DNA of 64,000 nt from Planctomycetota bacterium (GCA_965223545.1 OZ245006.1:1696001-1760000); one strand, 5' to 3'. Counted from the first letter of the stretch, positions 1 to 10,504 are shown. Numbers and translations are program-made. Notes: generated from the letters alone by a model not told the origin.

Positions 1-287
1 TGACGCGCCGCGTCGTAGACCGCCGCGCCGGCCACGGGTGTGCTGCGGGGCGAACGCTGCAACCACCGGCCGCGGTCCCATTCCCACGTATCCCTGAAGA
101 TGGTACTCCTCGCCGCGAGCTGACCGATCCCGCCATGGATGACCAGTCGATCGCGCACGTCGTCGTACACCATGGCGTGGGCGTAGCGCGGCGCGAAGTT
201 CGGCTTGGCGACCCAGATCGGCTGCGCCGAAGAGGTCGCGACGAGCAGGAGGGAGACAGCGGCGGACATGAACGACGGCATTGGCAT
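1..287 (-). CDS. Secreted Kelch-like/beta-propeller repeat protein (5' part; runs off window)
   Basis: Hand translation from ATG 287 (GAGGGG upstream): MPMPSFMSAAVSLLLVATSSAQ signal peptide, then PRYAHAMVYDDVRDRLVIHGG...DTWEWD, the same repeat type as 47644..49053. Confidence 0.75.
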   Translation of the reverse strand, partial: MPMPSFMSAAVSLLLVATSSAQPIWVAKPNFAPRYAHAMVYDDVRDRLVIHGGIGQLAARSTIFRDTWEWDRGRWLQRSPRSTPVAGAAVYDAAR

Positions 288-292
288 TCCCC

Positions 293-3003
293 TCAGTAAC
301 GGGTCACCGCGGTGCGCAACGGGTTGGTGAAGCGAGCGGCCGACGGAGTCGCCGCCGGCGCGACCAACGCCTGCCAGAAGAAATCGGCGCCGACCAGAGC
401 AGCCGTGTTGGGCACGGTGAACGACCACACCACTGTGCCCGTCGTCGCCACCGGCATTGAGCAACTCAGCGTCGCCGGTCCGAGCGACAGCCAACCGAGC
501 GATCCGATGCGCGCCGCCGGCGAGAGCGCGGTCGTGCTGGCGCAGAGCGCGGCCAGGATGCTCCCTCCGGCGGCACCCGGGTCGCCCGTGACCTCGATCT
601 GCCACGGCCGACCGAGCCCCATGAGATACGGCGCGCGCAACGCCCGCGCCCGGTTGGCGAACACACGCAGTCCGCCGCCGACGTACTCGAGTGCATCGGC
701 ATCGCCGTCTCGATCGACGTCGGCGAGAACGAGTCGCTTGGTGACCGTTGCGGGCTGTCCGAAGAACACTCGCTGGTAGCTGGCGGGAAACAAGGGCGAC
801 GACAACGAAAACACGCCGTTGCCATCGTTCAACAGGACCTGCTCGACGCCCATGTTGTCGACCACGATCACATCGAGGTCGCCGTCGGAATCCAGGTCGT
901 CGGCTTCGATCTGCTGCTGGTAGGCCGGCCACAAGGGCATCCGCGCCGCCGTCGCGTCGAAGAACATGCCATCGCCCGGGTTCTCCAAGAACATCGCACC
1001 GGGCGTCGCGTTGAGCCTCCGGCGCCTCAAATCTTCGAGCTTCGACAACATTTTCGAGGCGACGCCGCTGCCATGGCAACGGCGCCGCGGCGCCGGAGGC
1101 TCGGAGAGACAGTGCCTCTGGGCTCAGCGCGGCGGCGGATGTGTTGGACCTTCCAAGCCGCTCCGGCAAGAGCGGCATCCGAGTTGGTTGCGGCGGTGGC
1201 CGCGCTGAGCCTCGCGGCGGTCATGATGTCGAGGTCGCCGTCGCCATCGAAGTCCGCGATCTCCAGGTCGGTGCCGTGGAACGGGGCGTTCTGCATGATC
1301 ATCGTGAAGACGCCGGCCCCGTCGTTGCGAAACACCTCCATGCGCGAGCCCCGGGCGTGGACGGTATCCAGGTCGCCATCGCCGTCGAAGTCGAGCACTC
1401 CGAACGCGTCGATCTCGGAGGACGAGTTCGGGTAGGTCGAGCTGCAGGTGAAGCCACCGGCGCCGTCGTTGACGAGGAGATCGAGCGCGTAGCGGCCCGG
1501 ATACAGACCCGGATTCGTCTGCCGGCACATCAACACGTCCACCGCTGCGTTGCCGGCGAGATCTCCCGCCGCCAGCGTGATCGCCATGCCGCGCGGGTAT
1601 CCCGCCCGCTGGGTGAAACCGGCGCGGCCGTCGTTCAGGAACACACGCAGCTCGCTGTAGTGGCCATCGAGGAGATCCCCGTCGCCGTCGCCATCGACGT
1701 CGGCGATCAGGATCGCACCGGACTGCCCCGGACTGGCAATCGGCGGCAGGTGTCGGAAGCTGCCGAAACCGCTGTTCAAGAACAGCTCGGGCTCACCGCC
1801 GGCGAACGAGATGCTGTCGTTGGCGACGACGACGTCGTCGAGGCCGTCGCCATCGAGATCGCCGACCGCCCAGTCGACGAACGCCATCGCCGGCCGAGGA
1901 AACGGACCCGCAGAACCGTCGCGCCACTGCAGCCCGCCCTCGTTGAACAAGATCCTCCACGGCGCGCCGAACTCGACGAAGTCGAGATCGCCATCTGCGT
2001 CGGCGTCGAACGCCTGCGGCGCGGCGGAGTCGATCCAGGGCGGCATCGACGCCGGGGCCCGGGTGAACTGCGCCGCACCGTCGTTGAGCCACACCTCCGG
2101 CCCACCGGCGTCGAGCACGAGATCGACATCGCCATCGCCATCACAATCCGCCGCCAGGCTGCGCGCGACGCCGGCGCTGCCGACCGCCCCGGCGAACGAC
2201 CACCGAAAGCCGGCACTGTGAAGCAATAGCGAGTTCCCGGTCCTGCCGGTTGCCAGCCAGTCCAGATCGCCGTCGCTGTCGAAGTCGGCGTATGCGTCCG
2301 TCGGCGCCACCGACAGCGAGGAGGCGAGGGAGAACACACCCCCACCCGTGTTCTCCAACCAGACCGAGTTGACGTAGGCCCCGCTGGTGGAGCAAAGGAC
2401 ATCGGGGTCGCCATCGCCATCGGCGTCCACCGCGAGAGTGATCCCATTGACCGACGTCGCGGCAGTGGACCCGAGCGAGAACAGACCGGTGCCATCGTTG
2501 AGCAGGGTCTGGAGAGTGCCGGCAGGAGCTACACAGAGCAGGTCGGTGTCACCATCGCCGTCGACGTCTGCCGGAACCGGAGCGGAGCACAGCGTCAGGC
2601 CTGGGGCGAGGCTCGCGGCGGTGACGTCCGTGAAGTTGCCGGACCCGTCGTTGGCAAAGAGACTGCTCGACACGATCAGGTCGAGGTTTCCGTCCCCGTT
2701 GAGGTCGGCCAACCGCGGAGTCGTCCGGAACTGCTGCTGTGGGCCGATCGTCCCGTCGAGGATGAAGCGCCCGTGGCCGAGATTGCGGACGCGGTGCGCG
2801 GTGTCCAGAAACATCGCGATCAGGTCGCGATCGCCATCGCCGTCGATGTCGCCGTGAGCGAAGCCACCGAAGGTGCCGCCCGAAGGCAGGTGGGCATACA
2901 TCCGCTCGACAAAGCCGGGCTGGCAGGGCACCGCGGCAGCGAGCGACCACGCAGCGAGGAAAGCCACTGCAACAGCTTGGCAACGGTGGGGGCAACCGTG
3001 CAT
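293..3003 (-). pseudogene. Secreted FG-GAP/VCBS repeat protein with shared C-terminal domain, frameshifted by a 194-bp insertion
   Basis: Many DxDGDGDxD repeats across ORFs 1027..3153 and 293..1051; signal peptide after ATG 3003; deleting 1020-1213 joins the frames (DIMTAARL|NATPGAMFLEN) into an 838-aa protein. Confidence 0.8.
1012..1213. mobile_element. 194-bp structured insertion (MITE/REPIN-like) bounded by TGAGCCTC direct repeats
   Basis: Direct repeat TGAGCCTC at 1012-1019 and 1206-1213; perfect inverted repeats 1013-1026/1089-1102 (14 bp) and 1121-1133/1199-1211 (13 bp). Confidence 0.7.
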
Positions 3004-3219
3004 TTCGAACGACTCGGGTGAGGCGAGGCCGTGGACGAACAGCGCGAGAATCGACGCCTTCCCCGACCCCGGCAGGGGATTCGCACAGCTTACTTGAACT
3101 CGGTGGCCGCGAGGAAGAGGCCCCCCATGCCGGGCGCCTTCCGCGATCGCCAAGCTCAGGCTAAGATCGACGACATGGCGTGGGCCGAAGACCCGAGCCG
3201 TCGCCCTTTGGAGAGTTTC

Positions 3220-4425
3220 ATGATGCTGAGTTCCAGAATGTCGTGGTTCGCGGTTGCCGCCTTGCTTCCCACGCCGGCGATGGCGCAGATCGGAGGCAGC
3301 GGCTCACTCGGAGCCTTCGCCCCGACAAGCGACGTCGTGCTCGACACGACCGCGGGCGGGGTGTTCGACTACACCTCGATCTCCGTCCCGGCCGGCGTCA
3401 CCGTGCGCGTCGTCGGTCCGAATCCCGCGGTGTTGTCGAGCCAAGGCGCAGTGGACATCGACGGCGTGATCGACGGCGACGGCAACTACCTCGACCCCGG
3501 CGCAGGCGGCTTCCGCGGGGGAGCGGCCGGCACCACCGGCGCGGGCGCGCCCGGCGAGGGACCGGGCGGAGGTCGCGGCGGCGAGCCATCGATCCTGGGC
3601 GGTCCCGGCGAGCCCGCCGCGCACGCCACACAGGGCTCGGGCACCGCGCCGACGTACGGTGACGATCTACCGCTGACGCTGCTGGGCGGCAGCGGAGGCG
3701 GCGGTTCCAGTGGCCCGGGGTTCACCGTCTTTCCAGCGCTCGACGGCGGCAATGGCGGTGGCGCGATCGCGGTCCTCGCCGACGGCCCGATCCGCGTCGG
3801 TGGGGAGATCCGCGCGTGCGGCGAAGACGTGCTCTACTGGACCACCTCGATCCCCGGCGGTCCGGGTTCGGGTGGCACGATCCTGCTGCGCTCCCTGCAG
3901 TCGGTCTCGGTCACGGGTGCGGTGCGCGCGACCGGCGGCGTCGCCGGCTACGCCACGCAGACCTTGTTCCTCAACCGAGGTGGCGACGGCTACGTGCGCA
4001 TCGACGCCTACGGTGGAACACCGGTGACCACCGGCGCGACGGTCGAGCCCGCGCCGCTCGCGGTCGAGCTGCCCTACTTGACCGAGCTCGCCCCTCCCGC
4101 GCTCGGCCAGCTCTGGCAACCGCGATGCGCCAGCGTGCCCGGAGACGTGCTGGGCTGGTGGCTGTCGATGCGAACGCTGCCGTCACCGGTGTTGATCCCC
4201 TTCGGTACTCTGTACTTGGACTCGGCGCCGGGCGCGGGATTCGTCTACGCCGGCGCTGTGACGACCCCCGCAAGCGGCATCGACCCGCTGGCCGGCGTCG
4301 ACTTTCCAGTGCCCACCGCACCGGCGCTCCGCGGCGTGACGTTTCACAGCCAGATGTTCAACATCTTGGGTGCGGTGACCGGGCGGCCGCGGCTCAGCGG
4401 ATTGCTGTCGTCGACGGTGCAGTAG
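3220..4425 (+). CDS. Secreted glycine-rich protein with shared C-terminal domain
   Basis: Signal peptide ending PAMA-Q; GGSGGGG/GGGAI/GGDGYVRID motifs; C-terminus VPTAPALRGVTFHSQ. Confidence 0.75.
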   Translation: MMLSSRMSWFAVAALLPTPAMAQIGGSGSLGAFAPTSDVVLDTTAGGVFDYTSISVPAGVTVRVVGPNPAVLSSQGAVDIDGVIDGDGNYLDPGAGGFRGGAAGTTGAGAPGEGPGGGRGGEPSILGGPGEPAAHATQGSGTAPTYGDDLPLTLLGGSGGGGSSGPGFTVFPALDGGNGGGAIAVLADGPIRVGGEIRACGEDVLYWTTSIPGGPGSGGTILLRSLQSVSVTGAVRATGGVAGYATQTLFLNRGGDGYVRIDAYGGTPVTTGATVEPAPLAVELPYLTELAPPALGQLWQPRCASVPGDVLGWWLSMRTLPSPVLIPFGTLYLDSAPGAGFVYAGAVTTPASGIDPLAGVDFPVPTAPALRGVTFHSQMFNILGAVTGRPRLSGLLSSTVQ

Positions 4426-4459
4426 GCGGCGTTGCCACGCCCGCCACCGCCGTAGCAGA

Positions 4460-5185
4460 ATGCCAACCGTGAACTGGCGCGTCGACATTGCGGATCCCGC
4501 CGAACGGCGTCGCATCCTCGCCGAAGTGGAGCGGCTCGCGCCGTGGTATCACTCGTTCGACCTAGCGGATTGGCTGGTGATCGAGGGGCGACACGCCAGC
4601 CGCACGACGCAAGAGGCGCTGGACCGACTGGGCTTTCCGGAACGCTTCGACGGCCAGAGCGTGCTGGATGTCGGCTGTAACTCGGGGCTCTACAGCTTCC
4701 TGGCGTTGACCCGCGGGGCCGCGCGCGTGGTCGGCGTGGAGATCGTGCCGAAGGCGTTGGCGCAGGCCGCGTTGATCGGCGAGCTGCTCGAGCTCGAGGT
4801 CGAATTCATCGAGGGCGACGTGCACGAAGTGGGTTCGGCCTTGGGGCAGTTCGATACGGTCATTTGCTCTGGCCTGCTCTACCACATCCACGACCCGACC
4901 AACGTTCTGCTCCGCCTCGCCAGCGTTTGCACCGGAACCCTGTTGCTGGAGAGCGAATTCCTCCTCGAGCCCGAGCTGAGCGAGACCGCCCGGTTCATCG
5001 AGGGAACGTACATGGAAGACGCAACCAACTGGTGGATCTTCGGCCCGACCTGCATGGAGCGCATGGTGCGCGCTTGCGGATTCCGCACCGCCGAGTTCCG
5101 CGGCTTCCACCGCGAGCCGCGCGGCGCTCTCAGTCCCGAGGGCATCCCCATGGGTGGCCGCGGCTTCTTGATCGCCACCAAGTAG
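4460..5185 (+). CDS. Class I SAM-dependent methyltransferase (CmoB/DUF1698-like)
   Basis: VLDVGCNSG SAM motif, FDTVICSGLLYH, PWYHSFDL and TNWW motifs. Confidence 0.8.
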   Translation: MPTVNWRVDIADPAERRRILAEVERLAPWYHSFDLADWLVIEGRHASRTTQEALDRLGFPERFDGQSVLDVGCNSGLYSFLALTRGAARVVGVEIVPKALAQAALIGELLELEVEFIEGDVHEVGSALGQFDTVICSGLLYHIHDPTNVLLRLASVCTGTLLLESEFLLEPELSETARFIEGTYMEDATNWWIFGPTCMERMVRACGFRTAEFRGFHREPRGALSPEGIPMGGRGFLIATK

Positions 5186-5193
5186 ACCGGCGG

Positions 5194-6543
5194 CTACGGC
5201 GCCGGCACCTCGATCTCGACGGACGGTCCGTCGGCCGGGGTCCAGCGCGTGACGTAGGCGTCGCGCGCGCTCGGGACTTCGACTGATATGTAGCGGACGC
5301 CATCGCTGGCACCGGCGCCGACCACGAACCGGCCCGCCGCGTCGGTGCGCACGACTTGGCGGGCGTGCGGCAGGATTTCGATCGGCTGCGACCAGAGCCG
5401 GTCACCGGCATCGCCGAGCTCCGCAACGGTGGCACGCATGCAGTCCTCGAAGTGCACGGCGACCGCGGCCCCAGCGATCGGCAGGCCACCGCTGGTCACC
5501 CACCCGCGCAACGTCGGTGCTTGCTCCAGCGCGAAGTGCAGCTGGGCGGGCTCGCCCGGTACCAGCCATGCTCGCTGTCGCGAGGCGTGGCAACGCGCGT
5601 GGAACACGTGCACCTCGACCTCTCCGGCGGGAAGCTCGACCAGCGAGCGCGCACCACCGGCGGCCACCGGAATCGGATGGACCCGATGCCACGGGAACCC
5701 GGACTGCGCGCCGCCAGCGGTTCTCGGCCCGATCCCGACCGGGAACACGTAGACGAGTGCGGGCGACGGCCCCGGGGCAGCGAGCAGCGAGACGTCGAGC
5801 TCGCAGCCCGGCTGCAAAGCGATGGTCAGTGGCTGCGCACGGTCGCGCGAAGTCGCCAGCTGGCGGTGCGCTGCGTGGCCGGGCGCGTGCACGACCAACA
5901 GTGCGGCACCCGCGGCGCGCTGGCGCAGCGAGAACGCACCGCGCGCGTCGGTGCGCGTTTCTTCTCCGTCCAGCAGGACCGAGGCGCCGGCCACCGGCGA
6001 GCCAGCGGCATCGACCACCGTCCCGGTGATCGCACCGAAGTCGCCGAACTCGATCGCGAGGTCGGTGGCACGCCCCGGCCGCAGCCGCAGCTCACGCCGG
6101 ATCCACTCCGCGCCGTGGCGCACCTCGAGCAGGCCAAACCCGGGGTAGAGATCGACACGAGAGAGCGTTCCGTCGGCCGCGCATTCGACCACCCGCCCCT
6201 TGTTGGGACCGGCCACGAACTCGACGGTCGCGGGGATTCCGCCTCCTCGACAGTGGACGAGACCTCGAAGCCCCGCGGTGCGCCCCTTCTCGACCACGGT
6301 CGCGGCGATCGCCGACCGGTGCTCGGAGGACTGGGGCGACGGTGGCGGGTCGCGCGTGGTATCGACGACCGCCGCAACGCCTTCGCCGCGAACCACGCCG
6401 GGAACGGCAACGCCTACGGCCGCGCGCCGAGCGCTCCCGATCCTGTCCGGCGTCGAGCCGAACGAGGTGCACGTCCACGCCAACGCAGTCGCCATGAAAG
6501 CGGCCAGCGCCACGCACCACCCACGGCTGCCATCCACCGCCAC
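5194..6543 (-). CDS. Membrane-anchored carboxypeptidase-regulatory-like (beta-sandwich) domain protein
   Basis: GTVVDAAGSPVAGASV and RTDAAGRF repeats; N-terminal hydrophobic segment; GTG 6543 directly after the upstream stop (start uncertain). Confidence 0.65.
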   Translation of the reverse strand: MAVDGSRGWCVALAAFMATALAWTCTSFGSTPDRIGSARRAAVGVAVPGVVRGEGVAAVVDTTRDPPPSPQSSEHRSAIAATVVEKGRTAGLRGLVHCRGGGIPATVEFVAGPNKGRVVECAADGTLSRVDLYPGFGLLEVRHGAEWIRRELRLRPGRATDLAIEFGDFGAITGTVVDAAGSPVAGASVLLDGEETRTDARGAFSLRQRAAGAALLVVHAPGHAAHRQLATSRDRAQPLTIALQPGCELDVSLLAAPGPSPALVYVFPVGIGPRTAGGAQSGFPWHRVHPIPVAAGGARSLVELPAGEVEVHVFHARCHASRQRAWLVPGEPAQLHFALEQAPTLRGWVTSGGLPIAGAAVAVHFEDCMRATVAELGDAGDRLWSQPIEILPHARQVVRTDAAGRFVVGAGASDGVRYISVEVPSARDAYVTRWTPADGPSVEIEVPAP

Positions 6544-6544
6544 C

Positions 6545-9500
6545 CTACTGTCCTTGTCGCTCGTAGGCCCCGACATCCACGGTCGCTCCGCCGCGACCAT
6601 CGCCATCGACGATCCGCGGCAGCCCGTCGAGATCGAGCTCGGGAAGAGGCTGGCGGCCAGCGACCCCGAGGTTGGTGTCGACGAAGTTCAAACCGGTGTC
6701 GACGCAGGGCGAGCCAGTGCGCAGACGGAGATCGGGGCCGGCGAGCTGAGTGAACAACGGGTCCGCATCGAAGTTCCCGGTGCCGGGCAACGGGATCGTC
6801 GCCAGTCCTTCGATGCAGCAGTGGAACGCCTGCATCGAAGGGGTCGTCCACTGCAGCTGCTGCTGGCCGAGCGGCAAGCCCGGCGGGTTGGGCACGACGA
6901 AGGTGTTGCCCCAGAGGATGCTGTTGCTGATCTGCATGATCCCTCTCGAGAACACCGCCGGGGCTCCCGTGTGGCCGACAATCATGCAGTTGGTCACGGT
7001 CACCGTGCCATCTCCGCGGATCGCACCGTAGACGTTTCGCCAGAAGCGACAGTTGGTGATCGTGTGCACGCCAGGCGACAGGCCGACTGCGGCGCTGGAG
7101 TTCGCGGTGAACTCGCTGTCGGTGATGTTGCAGTGGACGGGGTTCGAGAGAATCGTCATGGCCGAGATCGCCTGCGCCCCGTTGCGCGAGAACAGACAGC
7201 GTTCGACGTTGAGCGTCGGTGCCTCGTTCTTCAGCGGCAACACCATGATCCCAGCCCCCGTGGTGCTGCCGGGGACGCCGTTGGCGATGAAGGTGCAATC
7301 CCGCAGAGTGACCGTGACGTCTCCATCGAACTCCTTGGCGATGAACATGCCGGTGCCCCAGCCGGCTTGCTCGCCGCGGTTGAGCGCGAACACGCACTTC
7401 TCCAGGACGGGGGCCACGTCCGAGTCGCGTTCCTGCGTGACCGACATGCCCGCGCCGGTACCCACGACCCAGGACAGGGAATGGATCGTCAGCACCCGAT
7501 CCGGCGCGACGTTGCCGAAGAACAGCAAGTTGCGCAGGGTCGGCGACCCCTGGCAGTGCATGCCAGCCCCCAAGCTGTCGCGCCCCTCTTGCACGGTGAA
7601 GCCGTCCAGCGTGGCCGACCGGGCCGTCCCCGACGGCACGACAACGACCCGTCCGGCAAACCCGGCAGACAGGCTCGTCGCGTTGGTCAGCGGATCGGCG
7701 TCTCGCGCGGCGAGCTTGGTCTCGCCACCGGCAAACCCTCCGTAGAGAGCGAGCTCGTTCTGCAGCTCGAACGGCGCGCCGGGAGTCATGTACGTTCCCC
7801 GCGCGACCCAGATCTGCGAGGTCCGCTCCTGCGGCACGGTGCCACCATTGCGCGCGCGCGCGTCGTCGAGCGCCTCTTTCAGACTGACGAACGCCTTGCG
7901 CCACGTGGTGCCGTCTCCGCTCTGCGCGAGGCTGCTGTCCACGTGCAGGATAAGTGCTGGAATCGTCGGGAACGAGTCAACGCCGTCCGCCAGGCCGTCG
8001 CCGTCAGTGTCCGGATCGGTGGGATCGCTGCTGTCGCCCGGTGCTGTGGGATCGAGGCCATCGCGCTCGGCGGCGTCGCTCAGACCATCGCCATCCGTAT
8101 CCGTCAGCCGTGGGTCCGAGTAGACCCGCCGCGACCCGACCAACCAACCGTCCTTGACCTCGGTGATGTCGTCGAGCCCGTCGCCGTCGCTGTCGGAGTC
8201 GTTGTCGCTGGTGCCGTAGAATTCCTCTTCGAACTCGAACAGGCCGTCCTCGTCCTCGTCCCGGGTGTAGATGAGGCGGATCTCGTCGCCGGCATGCAGC
8301 ACGATGTCGTCGAAGCTGCGGTCGAGCTCGGCGTGCTCTCCGCGATTGCCGACGATCGCCCAGAACCTCGCCGGGCGCGTCGGCACCGCGCCGACCTCGA
8401 ATCGCTGGCCACGGACACTGGTCAACACCTCGACGTTGGGTGCCACCGGCTGGCCACCGATCGTCCCGGTGCGGACCTGGACGGTGTAGCCGGCGGCCGG
8501 ATCGTTCTTCTTCAGGCCGAGGATGTCGTCCATCACCTCGAACATGCGCACCCCCGCCAAACTGGAGTCGGGGTTGCGGTTGACGTTGGTGGCGACCCGA
8601 TAGGTCTCGACGCTGTCGCCGAAATCGATCTCGACGAGTGCCGTTCGCCGAAACGTGTTCTCGGTCAGGAACTTGAAGTTCACGCCCTCGGCGTTGCGCA
8701 AGTCGAAGACCGAGGGCTGCAGGATCAAGGAGCTCGGCCGCGCCAGGAACCGCTTGACGACCGCGGCATCGACGTCGGTGTTCGAGACCTCGAGCACGGG
8801 GGTCGATGCGCCCGGCGACAGAGTGAACTCCTCCTGCTTGGCCGTCAGCGTCGCCATCACCTTGAAGCTCCCCTCGTTGGGGGTCGCCCCCGGCGTCCAG
8901 TGCAGCACCGACGCACCGAAGTTCGTCAGCGTGAAGGTGGCAAGCCCGGTGTTCTTGACCCGGAGCGGAAAGCTGATGGTCCCCGACGACGAGGTCTCCG
9001 TCCGCTCCAGGCTGTCGGTGCGGTAGCGCGACGCCTCCTGCGTCGCTTCCTGTGAGGACTCCGTCTCGAAGTGCTGCTCGGTGGAGAAGTCATAGCTGGC
9101 CGTGGCCTCCACCGAGACGGTGGTGCTGACCGAGGCCGAGGGCGGCAGTGAGGCCTCCGCCGTGGCCGACACGCCAACCGTCAGCGAGCCCCCCGCCGAG
9201 TGGGTCGTCGCCCCCCCGCTGCGGCGCGCATTGCTCGTGCCGCGCGACATCGCGGTGCCGTATTCGGTCCCCGACCCGATCGACTCCTCGTACTCGACGT
9301 TGAGCCGCACGTCGATGTCGCCGTCGACGACGATTCCCGCCTTCGGCAGCTCGGCGACCCGCGGGTTGAAGAACGGGTCATCGGCCTCTTCGAAGTCGGT
9401 GCGCCCATCGCCATCGGTGTCCGCCAGCGTCGGCGACGTCTTGAGCACGACCAGCTCGTTGCGATCGAACAAGCGCGAGTTCGGTGCGAGAGATTGCGAC

Positions 9501-9955
9501 GGCCCACGCGCATCGTCGTCCGAATCCACGGTCACCGGGTTGGTCTTCCAGCGGCGGAGCTCGGCGAAATCGTCCAACCCATCGACGTCGGTATCCGAGG
9601 AGTTGGGATCGGTGCGGTGCTTGCACTCCTCGAAGTCGCTGAGGCCATCGCCGTCCGAGTCCGGGTTGTTGGGGTCGCTGGTCACGCGCTCGACCTCCGC
9701 GTTTTGGGTCCCGTTCCCGGTCCGGTCGACGGTGATCTCCCAACCGGCGAGCTCGAGCTCGGTGGAGAGCCCATCCCCGTCGGGATCCAGCTGCACGGCT
9801 GCGGAGCTGGAGGCGCTGCCGTCGCTGCATGCGGCGGCCACCAGGAGGAGGGCAACCGTGCAGGCACGGAGGTTGGGGCAGAAGTGCGGCTCGGCGCCAC
9901 GACTGCGGGAGAACGAACGCGGGGAGCGGAGGGGGCCCATAGGGAAACCCATCAT
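6545..9955 (-). CDS. Large lipoprotein: binary-toxin-B/anthrax-PA-like Ca-binding and pore domains, beta-helix, choice-of-anchor-Q-like C-terminus
   Basis: Lipobox LVAAAC; DxDGDGLxDxxE repeats; Ser/Thr-rich alternating strand; LRVKNTGLA; DGTTWRKAF beta-helix cap; LRTGSPCVDTG...VDVGAYE. Confidence 0.65.
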   Translation of the reverse strand: MMGFPMGPLRSPRSFSRSRGAEPHFCPNLRACTVALLLVAAACSDGSASSSAAVQLDPDGDGLSTELELAGWEITVDRTGNGTQNAEVERVTSDPNNPDSDGDGLSDFEECKHRTDPNSSDTDVDGLDDFAELRRWKTNPVTVDSDDDARGPSQSLAPNSRLFDRNELVVLKTSPTLADTDGDGRTDFEEADDPFFNPRVAELPKAGIVVDGDIDVRLNVEYEESIGSGTEYGTAMSRGTSNARRSGGATTHSAGGSLTVGVSATAEASLPPSASVSTTVSVEATASYDFSTEQHFETESSQEATQEASRYRTDSLERTETSSSGTISFPLRVKNTGLATFTLTNFGASVLHWTPGATPNEGSFKVMATLTAKQEEFTLSPGASTPVLEVSNTDVDAAVVKRFLARPSSLILQPSVFDLRNAEGVNFKFLTENTFRRTALVEIDFGDSVETYRVATNVNRNPDSSLAGVRMFEVMDDILGLKKNDPAAGYTVQVRTGTIGGQPVAPNVEVLTSVRGQRFEVGAVPTRPARFWAIVGNRGEHAELDRSFDDIVLHAGDEIRLIYTRDEDEDGLFEFEEEFYGTSDNDSDSDGDGLDDITEVKDGWLVGSRRVYSDPRLTDTDGDGLSDAAERDGLDPTAPGDSSDPTDPDTDGDGLADGVDSFPTIPALILHVDSSLAQSGDGTTWRKAFVSLKEALDDARARNGGTVPQERTSQIWVARGTYMTPGAPFELQNELALYGGFAGGETKLAARDADPLTNATSLSAGFAGRVVVVPSGTARSATLDGFTVQEGRDSLGAGMHCQGSPTLRNLLFFGNVAPDRVLTIHSLSWVVGTGAGMSVTQERDSDVAPVLEKCVFALNRGEQAGWGTGMFIAKEFDGDVTVTLRDCTFIANGVPGSTTGAGIMVLPLKNEAPTLNVERCLFSRNGAQAISAMTILSNPVHCNITDSEFTANSSAAVGLSPGVHTITNCRFWRNVYGAIRGDGTVTVTNCMIVGHTGAPAVFSRGIMQISNSILWGNTFVVPNPPGLPLGQQQLQWTTPSMQAFHCCIEGLATIPLPGTGNFDADPLFTQLAGPDLRLRTGSPCVDTGLNFVDTNLGVAGRQPLPELDLDGLPRIVDGDGRGGATVDVGAYERQGQ

Positions 9956-10114
9956 GAAGGAAAGAGCTCGCTAAGGGTGTGAGTCAGACCGGAGCATGAC
10001 CGGAGGTTGCTCGCATACGTCACGTCGTAAGAACCGAGGACGGTTCTTCGAAACTCGCACGAACCTCTCCGACACGAACGAGCCGCCCCAGGCGTTCACC
10101 CAAAGGAAACACTC

Positions 10115-10477
10115 GTGTCCCCAAAGCAATCGGTTCGTTGCCTCACTCTCGCCGGACTCTCGCTGCTCGCCGTAGCAGCCATCCCGTTCCCCGGTGCGGG
10201 CACGCTCTTCGGCATTGGCGCCCACATCCTCCCGGGCTTCGCCACGGTGAGCGCCGGAGATGATATCACCGTGCAGAACGACGGCGACACGGCGGTGGAC
10301 GTCACGATCGTGCGCCGCGATACGAACGCCACTCTCCACTCGGCCTCGGTCAAGGCCGGCGACACCGACTCGTGGACGGTCGCCGACTCCCTGGTCGGCA
10401 AGAGTCTGCGCACCACCGTCGTCGAGCCGAGCACGAAGACCGTGGTCGCGCAGCGCGACCACCGCGTGGTGCGGTAG
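10115..10477 (+). CDS. Small secreted hypothetical beta-sandwich protein
   Basis: AAGGA RBS before GTG, signal-like N-terminus, typical codon usage. Confidence 0.6.
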   Translation: MSPKQSVRCLTLAGLSLLAVAAIPFPGAGTLFGIGAHILPGFATVSAGDDITVQNDGDTAVDVTIVRRDTNATLHSASVKAGDTDSWTVADSLVGKSLRTTVVEPSTKTVVAQRDHRVVR

Positions 10478-10503
10478 CGAGAAAATCGAGTCAGACTCGG
10501 TAC
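10477..10503 (-). repeat. REP-like repeat copy
   Basis: GCGAGAAAATCGAGTCAGACTCGGTAC fills almost the whole gap between two convergent stop codons; matches the RAYT-flanking repeats. Confidence 0.85.
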
Positions 10504-10504
10504 T

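Noticed and set aside
1010..1211. 194-bp insert as an integron cassette with attC
   Set aside because: GTTGAGC fits GTTRRRY at one end, but the partner box reads AGC instead of AAC and no IntI is present
6200..9055. 951-aa plus-strand ORF, and similar long ORFs at 26334..29894, 36858..38891 and 52291..54888
   Set aside because: Antisense shadows of well-supported genes, expected at high GC; no recognisable motifs
9981..9990. GAGTCAGACC partial REP-like word
   Set aside because: Lacks the GTAC foot and the GATTTTCTCGC tail; too short to call
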